DNA of 64,000 nucleotides, taken from the human T2T-CHM13v2.0 reference genome, Homo sapiens. Below are positions 1 to 12,406 of the stretch, one piece after another. Within the stretch, counting starts at the first letter, position 1; every line of letters begins with the position of its first letter. Under the pieces are notes generated by a model. That model was not told where the DNA came from, made no database searches, and worked only from the letters and a program-made list of their open reading frames with translations. Made by a program: the position numbers and the translations under genes. The DNA is taken from the NCBI RefSeq assembly GCF_009914755.1, contig NC_060935.1; one strand, given 5' to 3'.

Positions 1-509
1 TTTCTCTTTGCAGGATGCCATGAACTCTATATTCCTAAGGCACATAGAGGAGAGTAATGAATCTAATAAAATCTTCCTGGAAGTTTTAGGGAAGGCTTCA
101 TTAGAAACAGACCCACATCACACTGTGATGATGTTGATGATGGTAATAGTGTCAGTGGGATAGTCTCTGCCATTTTTGGAGTTCCTACTACTTTATGTAC
201 AAATAATGAAACTAGATGCTCTACAAAGTTTCTTCCTATGAACACTCATTATATCAATGGTCTTGAGAATCTCCTCTTTAGCAGAATCTGTTCAGATCTG
301 AGGAACAAAAGACTAAGCCAACTATGCCAAGTTTTTACTCTTTAGTCATGGTATCATTGTCTGTATTTTACTCACACACACCAACTGGACCACAAAGAGT
401 TTGCCAAACCTCTCCTAAGTGACAGTGCTGGGATTTGTATCTAGGTCTATCTGCTGCCAAAGCTTTGTCTTTTCCATTCAGTCTTAGATACATCTGGAAT
501 CCATTTTCT

Positions 510-820
510 TTCTTTTTTTAAAAATAAATTTTGTTGTGTATAAGTTATACAACATGATGTTATGGGATACACATAGATCATAAAAAGGTTACAATAGTGA
601 AGCATTTAACATGTCCATCATCTCATATACTTACCCATTCTTTTTTTTGTTTTGTTTTTGTGGCAAGAAGAGCTAAAATCTATTTATTTAGCAGGAATCT
701 CAAATACAGTACAATTTTATTTGATTACCTATAGTCCCCCTCATGTTGTACATTAGATCTCTAGACTTGTTCATCTTACATATTTGTTACTTTGTATCCT
801 CTGACCTACATCTACCCTTT
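510..820 (-). mobile_element. L1MA-class LINE-1 3' end fragment
   Basis: T-rich tail followed by the typical antisense L1MA 3'UTR (tacaacatgatgtt...atgttgtacattagatctctagacttgttcatc). Confidence 0.75.
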
Positions 821-2199
821 TATTTTCTTTTTTCTTAAAACAAAACACAATAAAAACCGTCTATTCTTTAGTAATAAAAGATACGTATTATAAAACATTC
901 AAAAGTGCAAAATGAGTAAAATACATAGTATGCATAACTCCCGTTTATCTTCTCTTCAACACTAGTGTAAATTACTGTCAATATTTTAACATGCATTTTA
1001 TAGACTTTTTCTATTTATGCACAATTATATATAAATGATGGATATATATTATATATAATATGTCATATTTAATATATAATTTATATATCCAAATAGAAAA
1101 GCACTTGATTGAATTACTACTTTGTGTTTTATTTATTGCTACTGTAGAGTTACTAGAAAGGAGGAAGCTATTTCCCCTCTACCCCTCCTCCCCACTTTCC
1201 TCTCTGCACCTCTATCCTTTCTTCCCATATCCTTATTTAGGGTTTTGAGTCAAGAGCAGCTTCCAGTCCTGGAAAATCAAGCCCTCTGTTACTGGGGCAG
1301 AGTTAATACACACTTTCCAAGAGACTGAATCATCTAGAGGGAGTTAGGATTACAGAGGTTGATGTCTGGGGATGTAAAAGTGGTCCAAGCTGAAGTAGTT
1401 ATAGCCCGAAGAAAGATTTAAGAATCTATAAGCTCTTAAAGTGGTTTACAGCCAGAGTGGGGGTAGTTCCACCAAGGGTAATAGAATTTTCTGTATACCC
1501 AAAGACTCAGATCTCCAATACTAAAGTTTCTGCCCTTGGCAAAGATCTCAGCACCTGAGCTTAGCAGAGAATCAGCAGGGCTTTTGACCTCCAATAACTT
1601 TTTGGGCTAGATAGTAACCATTGTGAAGACCAGATAGCCCTCCCCAAAACTTTTGTCTAATACCCCCAGAACTGTAGTGGGATCCTACTGGGCACAAAGG
1701 AGTCCAATAATGAATGAGATTTAGTTATCGATTCTGGCACATAATGGGTTTAGATTTATATTTATTTTGACTTAGAAAAATGCTGTTTGAACTCAAGAAC
1801 TGTGTTGTATTATAAATAACATGTCTTTCAGCCTAAAGCACAGATTTTCAGATTTTACATTCTAGGAACCATCTTGTTCCTAGATATGTGTTATACATAA
1901 TTACTTCTTAACCCCACATTAACTATAAAATAAATGGTATATATGTATATATTATATATATATATATAAAATACATAATTACTTCTTACCCCCATATTAC
2001 TATCAAATAAATGGTTTTATTCAATTAAGGAAATATGGCATATACCTGGGATTTTTATCAAAATAACTACCATTTCTAACTCCCATTCTTGGAAGAATAT
2101 TTTGTCTAAGTATAACTTTTGATGAGTTTTTACATCCCCTTCTTAACATATGGACAGAGAACAAATGTGTTAACTTATTTCAGAACTTTCTCCTTAATA

Positions 2200-3290
2200 A
2201 TTTTTAACAGTTTGTTAAGATATAATTTACATAGTATAAGTTTTACCCCATTAAAGTATAGAATTTGATTATCTTAAGTGTATTTTCAGAGTTGCACAGC
2301 AATTATCATAATCTGGTTTTAGAACATTTCTTAACTGTGGTCCAATGTTTCAAGGTTTCTTTTAAGTCACCTAGTCCGATAGGAATATCCACAACTAGAA
2401 TAAAAAAAAGAAGCGAAGCTATTTGTTTTAACTTTGGTTTTATGCAATGGTCATGTAGAATGTTTCTATCACCTCAAAGAAACTGATACTCCTTAATAAT
2501 CATTACCCATTCTGCTGAGCTTAACCCTTGATAACTACTAATTTACATTCTGCTTCTATACATATGCTTATTCTGGACATTTTATATAAATAGGATTATA
2601 TAATTATATCTTTTTTGACTGGTTTCTTTTGTTTAGCATAGTGATTTTGAGGTTCGTCTATGAAACCTGTTGAAGCATCTGTCAGTATTTTGTTTTATTG
2701 GTGAATAGTATTCAATTGCATGGATATGCTGCATTTTCTTCATGCATTGATTAGTTCATGGACATTTAGGTTGTTTTAATCTTTTGGATATTATGAATAA
2801 TACTGCTATGAGTATCTGTGTACAGGTCTTTGTGTGGATTTATGTTTTCACTTCTCTTGAGTGTATACCTACAAGTGGAATTGCTGGATGATGTGGTAAC
2901 CCTGTGTTTGTTTGAGGAACTGCCAAACTAATTTCCATAGAGACAGAAATATTTTACACTTCCACGAGCAATATCCAAGGGCTCCAATTCCTCCATTTCT
3001 TGCCAACTTATTGTTATCTATCCTTTTTATTTTAGGCATTCTAGTGGGTGTGAAGTGGTATCTCATTGTGGCTTTGCATTAGATTTCCCTAATTGTTAAT
3101 GATGTTGAGAATCTTTTCATGTGCCTCTTAGCCATTTCTGTATCTTCTTTGGGGAAAAAGACTGTTTAAATACTTTTCCCCCTTTCTAATTGGGTTATAT
3201 TTTAATTATTGCTTGCTAAAAGTTCTTTATATATTCTAGATTCAAGTCCCTTTTAAGATACATGATTTGCAAATGTTTTCTCTTACTGTG
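2200..3290 (-). mobile_element. L1MB-class LINE-1 3'UTR and ORF2 C-terminus, interrupted at 2332-2455
   Basis: Antisense L1 motifs (ggacatttaggttgttt, gtgaagtggtatctcattgtgg). ORF 2869-3066 MRYHFTPTRM is a decayed ORF2 C-terminal segment. Confidence 0.85.
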
Positions 3291-3609
3291 TGTCTTCAAC
3301 AATTTTTTGCAAAAGAAATGCCTTGCTTCAAAGAAAGCCTCTGAAGCCTCGGTATTATTTTCTCCACCCACAAAATCACTGTGATAAATAAATGGGGATA
3401 TCAACATGTCTTTACCTGGTTGTATTTCATTTTTAAGCTCTTCTCTTTAGAGTTCCTTCCAGATCCCCAATTCAGTTACCTTTCTGGGGGGTCTTAGTTC
3501 TTCTTGACCTGTCTACAGCTTCTGATACCAAAGCTTTTTATCTCTGTCCTACCTTCTTTTCTGCCTTCCATCATTTCTTCCTTCTTTCCTTTCTTTCTTT
3601 TATAAAGGG

Positions 3610-4410
3610 GTATTTGTATTAGGCACTTACTAAATTTTAGAAGCCCAGCTATGGGCTGGAGATAAAGAAAAGAAATATGTGGTTTCTATTAAGAGATTTG
3701 TGCTCTAGTGAGAAGAAAGACTTTCATAATACACTAATAAATGTAAATTATAAATGTGATTAGTCCTATGAAGGAAATATATTGGATATTATATAAGAAT
3801 GTTACAGGGGAAATTGCCTCACTCAAGGAAATTAAAAGTTCTTTCTCTGAGAAGGTGAAGACATACTTGAGATCTCAAGGATAAGCGGATATTACGTAGG
3901 ATGAAGAGGGAAGAGCATATGAAAATGCTTATGATGAGAGGTAAAAAGGAACTTTTGAGGCAGGAGACAAAGCCATTGTGCTTGCAGCTTAGCAGACAAG
4001 AAGGGGAATGGAGCAAAATCATGCTGGGCACGTAGGTAAAGGCAAGAGCATACTGGGCTGAGAGTAATGTTAATAATGTTTGTCTGCATTTTAAGACCAA
4101 TGGGAAGTATCTGAAGAGCTTTGGCCAGGTGTGGCAAAATGATAAGACTTGAATTCCTAAAAGATTGCTGTAAGTGCAGTATGAAAAATAAATTGCAGGT
4201 GGGCAATGGGGAATGTGAGGAGATGCATTGGGAAGCTATAGCAATAGCCCAAGTGAGAGATGTTGATAACTTGGATAAGCGGAATGGCAATGGAAGTGGA
4301 AATGTGCAAATGAGTTTGAGAGATACTTAGGAAGAAAAATTAGCAAGACTTGGTGATGGATTGATTACAAGAGATTAAGGGAGAAGGAGGTATCAAGAAT
4401 GAATAATAAC
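3610..4410 (-). mobile_element. L2 LINE fragment
   Basis: Purine-rich antisense L2 pattern (ggcacttacta...; gcaatagcccaagtgagagatg; gacttggtgatggattga). Confidence 0.7.
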
Positions 4411-4431
4411 TGCACGGTTCTGCTGCTTCTA

Positions 4432-4732
4432 TTTTTTTTGTTTGTTTGGTTTTTTTGTTTTTGAGATGGAGTCTCTCTCTGTCGCCTAGGCTGGAGTGTA
4501 GTGGTGTGATCCCAGCTCACTACAACCTCTGCCTCCTGGGTTCAAATGATTCTCGTGCCTCAGCTTCCCGAGTAGCTGAGATTACAAGAGTGTGCCACCA
4601 CACCTGGCTAATTTTTGTATTTTTAGTAGAGATGGGGTTTCACCATGTTGGCCAGGCTGGTCTCAAACTCCTGACCTCAAGTTATCCACCCACCTTGGCC
4701 TCCCAAAGTGTTGGGATTACAGGTGTGAACCA
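4432..4732 (-). mobile_element. AluS (Sx-like), slightly 5'-truncated, with TSD
   Basis: Dimeric Alu with T-rich tail. TSD CA(C/T)GGTTCTGCT(G/T)CTTCT at 4413-4430 and 4731-4748. Confidence 0.95.
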
Positions 4733-4769
4733 TGGTTCTGCTTCTTCTGACATAGTTTGATAGTGGCTA

Positions 4770-4940
4770 CCCTGGTTTGAATCTACCATCATATTAATAT
4801 AATATTAGGCCATATACAACCTCCCTGTCCCCATTTATTCATTTAGAAAATAGGGATGACAATAATACTTAATTGATATGGATGATATAATGCACTTCAA
4901 CAGTATCTGGCTCATATAGTATGAGCATAATAAATGTTAC
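4770..4940 (+). mobile_element. MIR
   Basis: cctggtttgaatc...aaaatagggatgacaataatac...taaatgttact core. Confidence 0.65.
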
Positions 4941-6707
4941 TCATGAAAAATTCAAATTATTATTGCTGTTTAGAAAAGAAGCAAAGGAGAAAAGTGACTA
5001 ATTTCTGAAAAATTAAATACACTAGAGTCTTTTGGTTCCAACTCAGTTAGAGCAGTCCCAGTCCTTCTAGGTTCTTCCTCTTACAACTAAAAATCGCCTG
5101 GACATAACCCTACTCCAATCCTGTGGCAATAAAAAACTGCTTAGTAGAAGCAGTTGGTGCTGAGATTCCTCTACTGAAGTAAAGTCACTGGAGTTCAGCA
5201 GGGAGCTGAGCCACCACTTCCATGCAGAAACATGGAGACTCAATAAGGCAGTGCAAGGCAGGGCTATTTGGCCCTCACTTTCTCCCAAATCCATTGTTAG
5301 TGCAGCCCATCAGGGAACTGGAGCTCTACCTCCACCCAGCATTGACAAGGTGGTATAAGGTGGGGCTAACATTATACTTCGTGGTGAAAGACTGAATGCT
5401 TTTCTCCTAAATTTGGCAACAAAGCAGTGATGTCTGCACTTACCACTCTTGGGCAACATAGCACTGGAAGTTTTAGCCAAAACAATAAGGCAGCAAAAAG
5501 AAATAAGCTTGCAGATTGGAAAAGAACAAATCAAGCTGTATCTATTTACAGAAGGCATAATTTTCTATGTAGAAAATGTCAAGAAATTATAAAAATGTTG
5601 TAGAACTAATAAATGAGTTCATCAAAGTCTCAAGTTACAAGATCAATACAGAAAATTAATTTTATTCCTATATACTAGTAACTGATGTGTAGAAACTAGA
5701 ATTAAGCACCTACTATCATATATAATTGCTCCAAAGTAAAATGAAATGCCTAAGAAAATGAAATATCTAGTTAAAAGTCTAACAAAACATTTATAGGATC
5801 TGTATGCTTAACATTTAAAAAAACACTAATGGAAGGAATAAAATATTATATAAGTAAATGGAGAGGCATACTGTATCCATGGATTAGATGACTCAATATA
5901 GTAAAGATGTCAATTCTCCATAAGTTGATCTGTAAAGTTTAACATAATTCCTAAAAAAATTCCAACAAGCTTAATCTGAAATTTGGGTAGAAGTGCAAAA
6001 GAACTAGAATAGCTAAAATAATTTTGAATTGAATAATTTTGAATTGAATATTAAGGATTTTTTTATAGATACTGTAATCAATTGAATCAATTGAATTGAA
6101 TCGACTGAATCAATTGAATTGAATTGAATTGAATTGAATCAATTGAATCAATTGAATTGAATTTTGAATTGAAATTTGAATTGAATAATTTTGAATTGAA
6201 TATTAAGGATTTCTTTATAGATACTATATTCAAGACAGCGTAGTACTGGCAGGGGAATAGACACAAAGATGAATAGAACAGAATAGAGACCACAGAAACA
6301 GACAAATACAAATATAACAAATTGGTTTTGACAAAGTTATTAACACAATTCAATGGAGAAAAAGCCTTTTGAACACATGGCACTGGAGTCACTGGGTGTG
6401 CATAGGCAAAAAAATTAATCCCAACCTAAACCTTATACCTTATCAAAAATTAACTCAAATGTATCATGGGTTTAAATGTAAAAATATAAAACTATTGGAA
6501 AAATTAGGAGAATATCTTTGGAACCTAAGGTTAGAGAAGAGTTCTTGGACATTACATTAAAAGCACTATATATAAACTAAGAAATGATTAATTCATTGTC
6601 ATGAAAATTAAAACTTTTGCATTGTGAAAGACTGTGATAGAATGAAAATACAAACTGCAGGCTGTGAGAAAATATTGGCAAATCCCATATCCAATAAAGG
6701 CCTTATA

Positions 6708-6940
6708 CAGGGTGAGTATCTTTTATCTGAAATTTCTGGACCAGAAGAGTTTCAGATTTCAGACTTTTTCAGAATTTGGAATATTTTCATTATCCTTATC
6801 TGTTGAACATCCTAAATCCAAAAATTTGAAATCCGAAATGCTCCAGGGAGCATACTTTGACAATCGTGTCAGCACTCAAAATGTTTTGAATTTTGGAGCA
6901 ATTCAGATTTTCGATTTCCAGATTTAAAATGCTCAACCTA
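6708..6940 (+). mobile_element. Tigger4a (Zombi_A/MER46A) MITE
   Basis: About 233 bp. Starts CAGGGTGAGTATC, ends ATGCTCAACCTA, TA dinucleotide on both sides, internal (aaatcc/ggattt)-type repeats. Confidence 0.9.
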
Positions 6941-7645
6941 TATGTAAATATGAAGAATTCTCAAAACTTAACAGTAAAAAATCAATCCAGTTATAAAATG
7001 GGCAAAAGACATGAACAAATATTTTATTAAAGTGTAGATACAGATGGCGAGTGAAGATATACTCAACACCATTGGCAGTTAGCACAATATAAATTAAAAA
7101 CATAATGCATTATTTCTATACACCCATCAGAATAGCTAAAACAAAAAATAGTGACAACATCAGGTGTCAGTTAGGGTATGGAGAAACGATCATTCAGACA
7201 TTGCTGATGAGAATGTAAAATTACAGCCATTCTAGAAAATCATTTGGTAGTTTTCTTGGAAACTAAACATGTTCTTACCAGATGACCCTGCAATCACACT
7301 TTCGGATATTTATCCTAGAAATGTAAAAATGTATGTTCACAAAATACTTGTACATTCTTTAAATGAGAAACTATAGATATGGAGAACAGGTTAGTGGTTG
7401 ACAGTATTAGGGCGGGTGGGTGGGAAAGGTTGAGTGGGTGCAAATAAAAAGAGATTGTGTTGGTGGTTTTGTGAATTTTACATGAGATAATATTGCATAG
7501 AACTATACACATACATAATACATACATGCATAAATGAATATAAATTAAAATGGTATAAACTAAATTATATTTGTAGACTAGTTAACAGTAACATGCTAAT
7601 GTCAATCTTCTGATTTTGATATTGTACTATAGGTATATAGGATGC

Positions 7646-9931
7646 TGATATGGTTTGGCTGTGTCCCCACCCAAATCTCATCTTGAATTGTCATTCCCAT
7701 AATCTCCACATGTCGTGGGAGGGACCCAGTGTAAGGTAATTGAATCATGAGGGTGGTTATCTCTATGCTGTTCTCATGATAGTGAGTGCATTCTCATGAG
7801 ATCTGATGGTTTTATAAAGGGCTATTTCCCCACCCTTTTCTCTCACTTCTCCTTGTGGCCACCATGTAAAGAAGGACATGTTTGCTTCTTCTTCTGCCAT
7901 GATTATAAGTTTCCTGAGGCCTTCTCAGCCATACTGAACTGTGAGTAAATTAAACTTCTTTCCTTTATAAATTACCTAGTCCCAGCTAGTTCTTTATTAG
8001 CAGTGTGAGACTGAACTAATCCAGTAAATTGGTGTAGAGAGTGAGGTGCTGGTATAAGGATACCCAAAAATGTGGAAGTGACTTTGGAACTGGGTAACAG
8101 GCAGAGATTGGAACAGTTTAGAGGGCTTAGAAGAAGATTGGAAACTATGGGAAAGTTTGGAACTTCCTAGAGACTTGTTGAATGACTTTGACCAAATGCT
8201 GATAGTGATATAGAAAATGAAGTCCAGGTTGAGGTGGTCTCAGATGGAAATTAGGAACTGGTTGGCAGCTGGAGTAAAGGTGATTCTTGTAATGCTTCAG
8301 CAAAGAGACTGGCAGCATTTTGCCTCTGCCCTAGAGATCTTTGGAACTTTGAACTTGAGAGAGATGATTTAGGGTGATTTGTGGAAGGAATTTCTAAGTA
8401 GCAAAGCATTCAAGAGAAAGCAGAGCATGAAAGTTTGGATAATTTGCAGCCTGACAATGTAATAGAAAAGAAAACTGACTTTCTGGGGAGAAATTCAAGC
8501 CCACTGCAGAAATTTGCATAAGTAATAAGGGGCTGAGTGTTAATCACCAAGGCAATGGGAAAAATGTCTCCAGGGCATGTCAGAGACTTTCATTGCAACC
8601 CCTCCTATCACAGAGCCAGAGGCCTAGGAGGGAAAAATGGTTTCCTGGGCCAGGTCCAGGGCCTCCCCTCTGTGTACAGCCTCAGGACTTTGTTCCTGAT
8701 GCTCCAACTATGGCTAAAAGAGGCCAGGGTACAGCTTTTCCCATTACTTCTGAGGGTGCAAGCCCCTAACTTTGACAGCTTCCATGTAGTGTTAAGCCTG
8801 TAGGTGCACAGAAGTCAAGAATTGAGGTTTGGGAACGTCCACCTAGATTTCAGAGGATATATGGAAATGCTTGGTTGTCCAGGCAGAAGTCTGCTGCAGA
8901 GGCAGAGGCCTCATGGAGAATCTCTGCTAGGGAAGTGCAGAAGGGAAATGTGGGGTTGGAGCCCCCACACGGAGTCCTCACTGGGGTACTGCTTAGTGGA
9001 GCTATGAGAAGTGGGCCACCATCCTTCAGATCCCAGAATGGTAGATCCACTGACAGCTTGCACTGTGTGCCTGGAAAAGTTGCAGACACCCAAAACCAGC
9101 TCATGAAAGCAGCTGGGAGAGGGTGCTGTACCTTGCAAAGCCACAGGGCTGGAGCTGCTCAACACCATGGCAGCCCACCTCTTGCATCAGCATGCCCTGG
9201 ATGTGAGACATGGAGTCAAGGGACATCATTTTGGAACTTAAAGGTTTTAATGACTGCCCTATTGGATTTTGGACTTGCATGGAAACTGTGGCCCCTTTGT
9301 TTTGGCCAATTTCTTTCATTTGGAGCACGTATATTTGCCCAATGCCTGTACCCCCATTGTATCTAAGAAATAAATAACTTGCTTTTGATTTTGCAGGCTT
9401 ATAGGCAGAAGGGACTTGCCTTGTCTCAGATGATACCTTGGACTTTGGGTTTTGGGTTAGTGCTAGAATGAGTTAGGACTTTGGGGGACTGTTGGCAAGG
9501 CATGATTGTATTTTGAAATGAGAAGGCATGAGATTTGGGAGAAGTCAGGAGCAGAATGATATGGTTTGGCTGTTTTCCCACCCAAATCTCACCCTGAATT
9601 GTAGTTTCCATAATGCCTATGTGTTGTAGGAGGGACCCAGTGGGAAGTAATTTAGTCATGAGGGTAGTTACCTCCATGCTGCTCTTGTGATAGTGAGTGA
9701 GTTCCCACGAGATCTGATGGTTTCATAAGGGGCTATTCCCCCCTCCTTCACCCTGTACTTCTTACAACCACCATATAAAGAAGGACATGTTTGCTTCCCC
9801 TTCTCCATGACTGTAAGTTTCCTGAGGCCTCCTGAGCCACGTTTAACTGTGAGTCAATAAAACTACTTTACTTTATCAATTATGCAGTCTGAGATATGTC
9901 TTTATCAGCAGTGTGAGAACGAGATAATACA
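7646..9931 (+). mobile_element. Full-length THE1 (THE1C-like) MaLR element: 5'LTR 7646-8023, internal 8024-9556, 3'LTR 9557-9931
   Basis: Both LTRs begin TGATATGGTTTGGCTG and end ...TAAT(C/A)CA. The internal region starts GTAAATTGG and has typical THE1-int sequence, which explains ORFs 8537-9366. Confidence 0.93.
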
Positions 9932-10036
9932 TTGGGGAAAGGTAGGCAAAGGGTACATTGGGGGAAGCTAGGGGAAAGGTACATTGTGGGAAGCTGAGTG
10001 AAAGGTACATTGGGGGAAGCTGGGTGAAGGGTACAT
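9929..10036 (+). repeat. 26-bp minisatellite, about 4.2 copies
   Basis: ACATTG(G/T)GG(A/G)AAG(C/G)T...AA(A/G)GGT units start at 9929, 9955, 9981 and 10007. Confidence 0.9.
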
Positions 10037-12406
10037 AGGAGTCTTCTTTCTTCTTTTGCAACTTCCTGTGAATCTGTAATTTTTTTAAGTAAAAAATTAC
10101 CTACACTGTGGCCAACATTGTAGCAATTCTTTTGGATGACATAGTAAAGTGGACTTTTAGAAAGACTGTAGGAGATGGAATGAGGAGAGGGTAGTTTGAG
10201 TTTCAGAAGTACAACCTATTATTGATATTTATGTGCTTATAGGAAAAGTGCCTTACATGCTTCAACTCCTAATTTCTTCATCTATAAAATGTTACTGATA
10301 GATAAAATCTGCTTGTCATGTCCTAGTCCAGTCATTGTTACAATTTTTTAAGATACGTAAAAGGTTACTTTGAACAAAATAAAGCCACAAGCCAGCAGAC
10401 CCCCAAACGTGGGGCATTTGTAGCCACAGTAGAAATGTTTGTCAGGTAGTCGTTTGGGTCCTGATTGGTTTACTAAGGACAGCAATGTGTCAATTGATCA
10501 TGGCTACTGACGCCAGAGTCACTGTTACAGGGTTGGATTTATTAGAGCCTTCCTGAGACTTTCCATGGACAGGAAATGAGAAGGAAGAAGAAAGGAACTA
10601 TGTGATAATGACTGTTTAATTAGTGCTTGAATATTAGTTAAAGTATTGTTATGATCATTATTATTATAATCAGTGAAGAAATAGCTTGGTGTGACAATCA
10701 TCATTTTTTGTCCTGATAAGTTGGATATTTCAAATATACTATAGCCAAACTTAGGTTATACATCCATCCTAAATGTGTATTTTTCACCTTTCTAATCCAT
10801 AGTCTTATTTCCTGGGGACTATAATTGATTCTAAGCAAATATTTCTTTGGACCTGCAAAGAGGCATTCTAATTTAATTTGCTTCAAATGCCTATCTGTTC
10901 ACAACCATTCTGCCTGAACTATTAGCTGTAAAAGAAAGAGAAAGATTTCTCGATCAATTTTTAAATTTTTTTAAAAATTGACATGTAGTAAGTGTACATA
11001 TTTATAAGATACAGAATGACATTTAAATACATGAATACAATGAGTAATGATCAAATCAGAGTAATTAGCTTACCCATCACCTCAAATATTTATCATTTCT
11101 TTGTGTTAGGAAAATTCAAAATTCTATTTTCCAGTATTTAAAAATATGCAATAAGTTACCCCAGGGGTAACCATAATTACCCTACAGTGTTATAGAACAC
11201 TACAACTTATTCTTTAGCTATAATTTTCTGTCTCCTAATCAACCTCTCTGTATCCTCCTCTATCTACTATCTTTTCCAGCTTCTCATAACCACAAGTCTA
11301 CACTATACTTTTGTGAACTCAAATTTTTAAAGTCCCAAGTATGAGTGAGAATACATGGTATTCATCTTTCTGTGCATGACTTATTTTATGTAACATAATG
11401 TCTTCAAAGCTCATCGATGTTGCCACTAATGGCAGGATTTTATTCTTTTTATTACTTTGTAGTATTCCATTGTGTATACATGACACATTTTGAATCCATT
11501 CTTGTATTGATGGACACTTAGGTTGATTCCGTATGTTGGCTATTGTGAATAATGCTGCAGTAAATATGGGGGTGCAAATATCTCTTCAATATATAGATTT
11601 TTATTCCTTTAGATAAACACAGTAGTGAGATTGCTGGATCACACAGTGGTTCTATTTTTAGTTTAAGAAACACCCATACTGTTTTTGATAAGGGTTGTAC
11701 TAATTTATATTCCACCAACATTGTATGAGTTCTCTTTTCTCTCCGTCCGCACTGGCATCTGTTAGTGCCTATCTTTTCGATATAGGCCATTTTAACTGGG
11801 GTGAGATAATATCTCACTGTACTTTTGATTTTCATTTCCTTGATGATTAATGATGTTGAGCATTTTAAAAATATCTTTGTTGTCCATATTGCTGCCTGCT
11901 TTTAAAAAGTGAGTGTTCAGATTATTTGCCAATTTTTATTTTGGGTTATTTGCTTTTGTGCTGTTAAATTATTTGAGTTCCTTGTATATTCTGGATATTA
12001 ATCCCTCGTCACATGATAGCTTGAAAACCTATTGCCCCATTTCGTAGGTTGTCTCTATACTCTGTTGTTTCTTTCCCTGTGCAGAAGCACTTTAGTTTAA
12101 TATAATTCCACTCACCTATTTTTAGTTTTGTTGCCTGTACTTTTGAAGTCTTACCCTAAAATCTCTGCCCATATCAATGTCCTAAAGCATTTTCCCTATG
12201 TTTTCTTCTAGTAGTTTTATTAATTTAGGTCTCACATTTAAATATTTAATCTACTTTGAGTTGATTTTTGTATATAGTGAGAAATAGGGGTCTAATTTCA
12301 TTTTTCTGCATTATGAATATCCAGTTTTCCCAGCATCATTTAAGGAAGAGGTTGTCCTTTCTCCAATGTAAGTTGCTGGCACTTTTGTCAAAAATCAGTT
12401 GGCTGT

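Larger units (their letters stand above)
5365..10097 (+). mobile_element. Old L1 (L1MC/MD-class) ORF2 RT region to 3'UTR, interrupted by Tigger4a and THE1
   Basis: Decayed ORF2 (gtgaaagactgaatgcttttc, ctggaagttttagcc, caagatcaatacag). The 3'UTR resumes after THE1 and ends gcaacttcctgtgaatctgtaatt...aaaaa. Confidence 0.85.

Noticed and set aside
1200-1800. LTR-like unassigned sequence (similar impression at about 44160-44480 and 50450-50950)
   Set aside because: Possibly ancient LTR remnants, but I cannot support a family or boundaries by eye.
4446-4760. Alu-derived ORFs (also 14616-15054 and 24724-24975)
   Set aside because: Typical antisense Alu translations.
6087-6392. ORF ending in NSIQF repeats; CRISPR-like periodicity here and at 9929-10036
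   Set aside because: Simple tandem repeats with no unique spacers, in eukaryotic DNA with no cas genes.
8537-9366. Cluster of overlapping ORFs, including the longest (163 aa)
   Set aside because: They lie entirely in the THE1 internal region and are frameshifted MaLR remnants, not a host gene.
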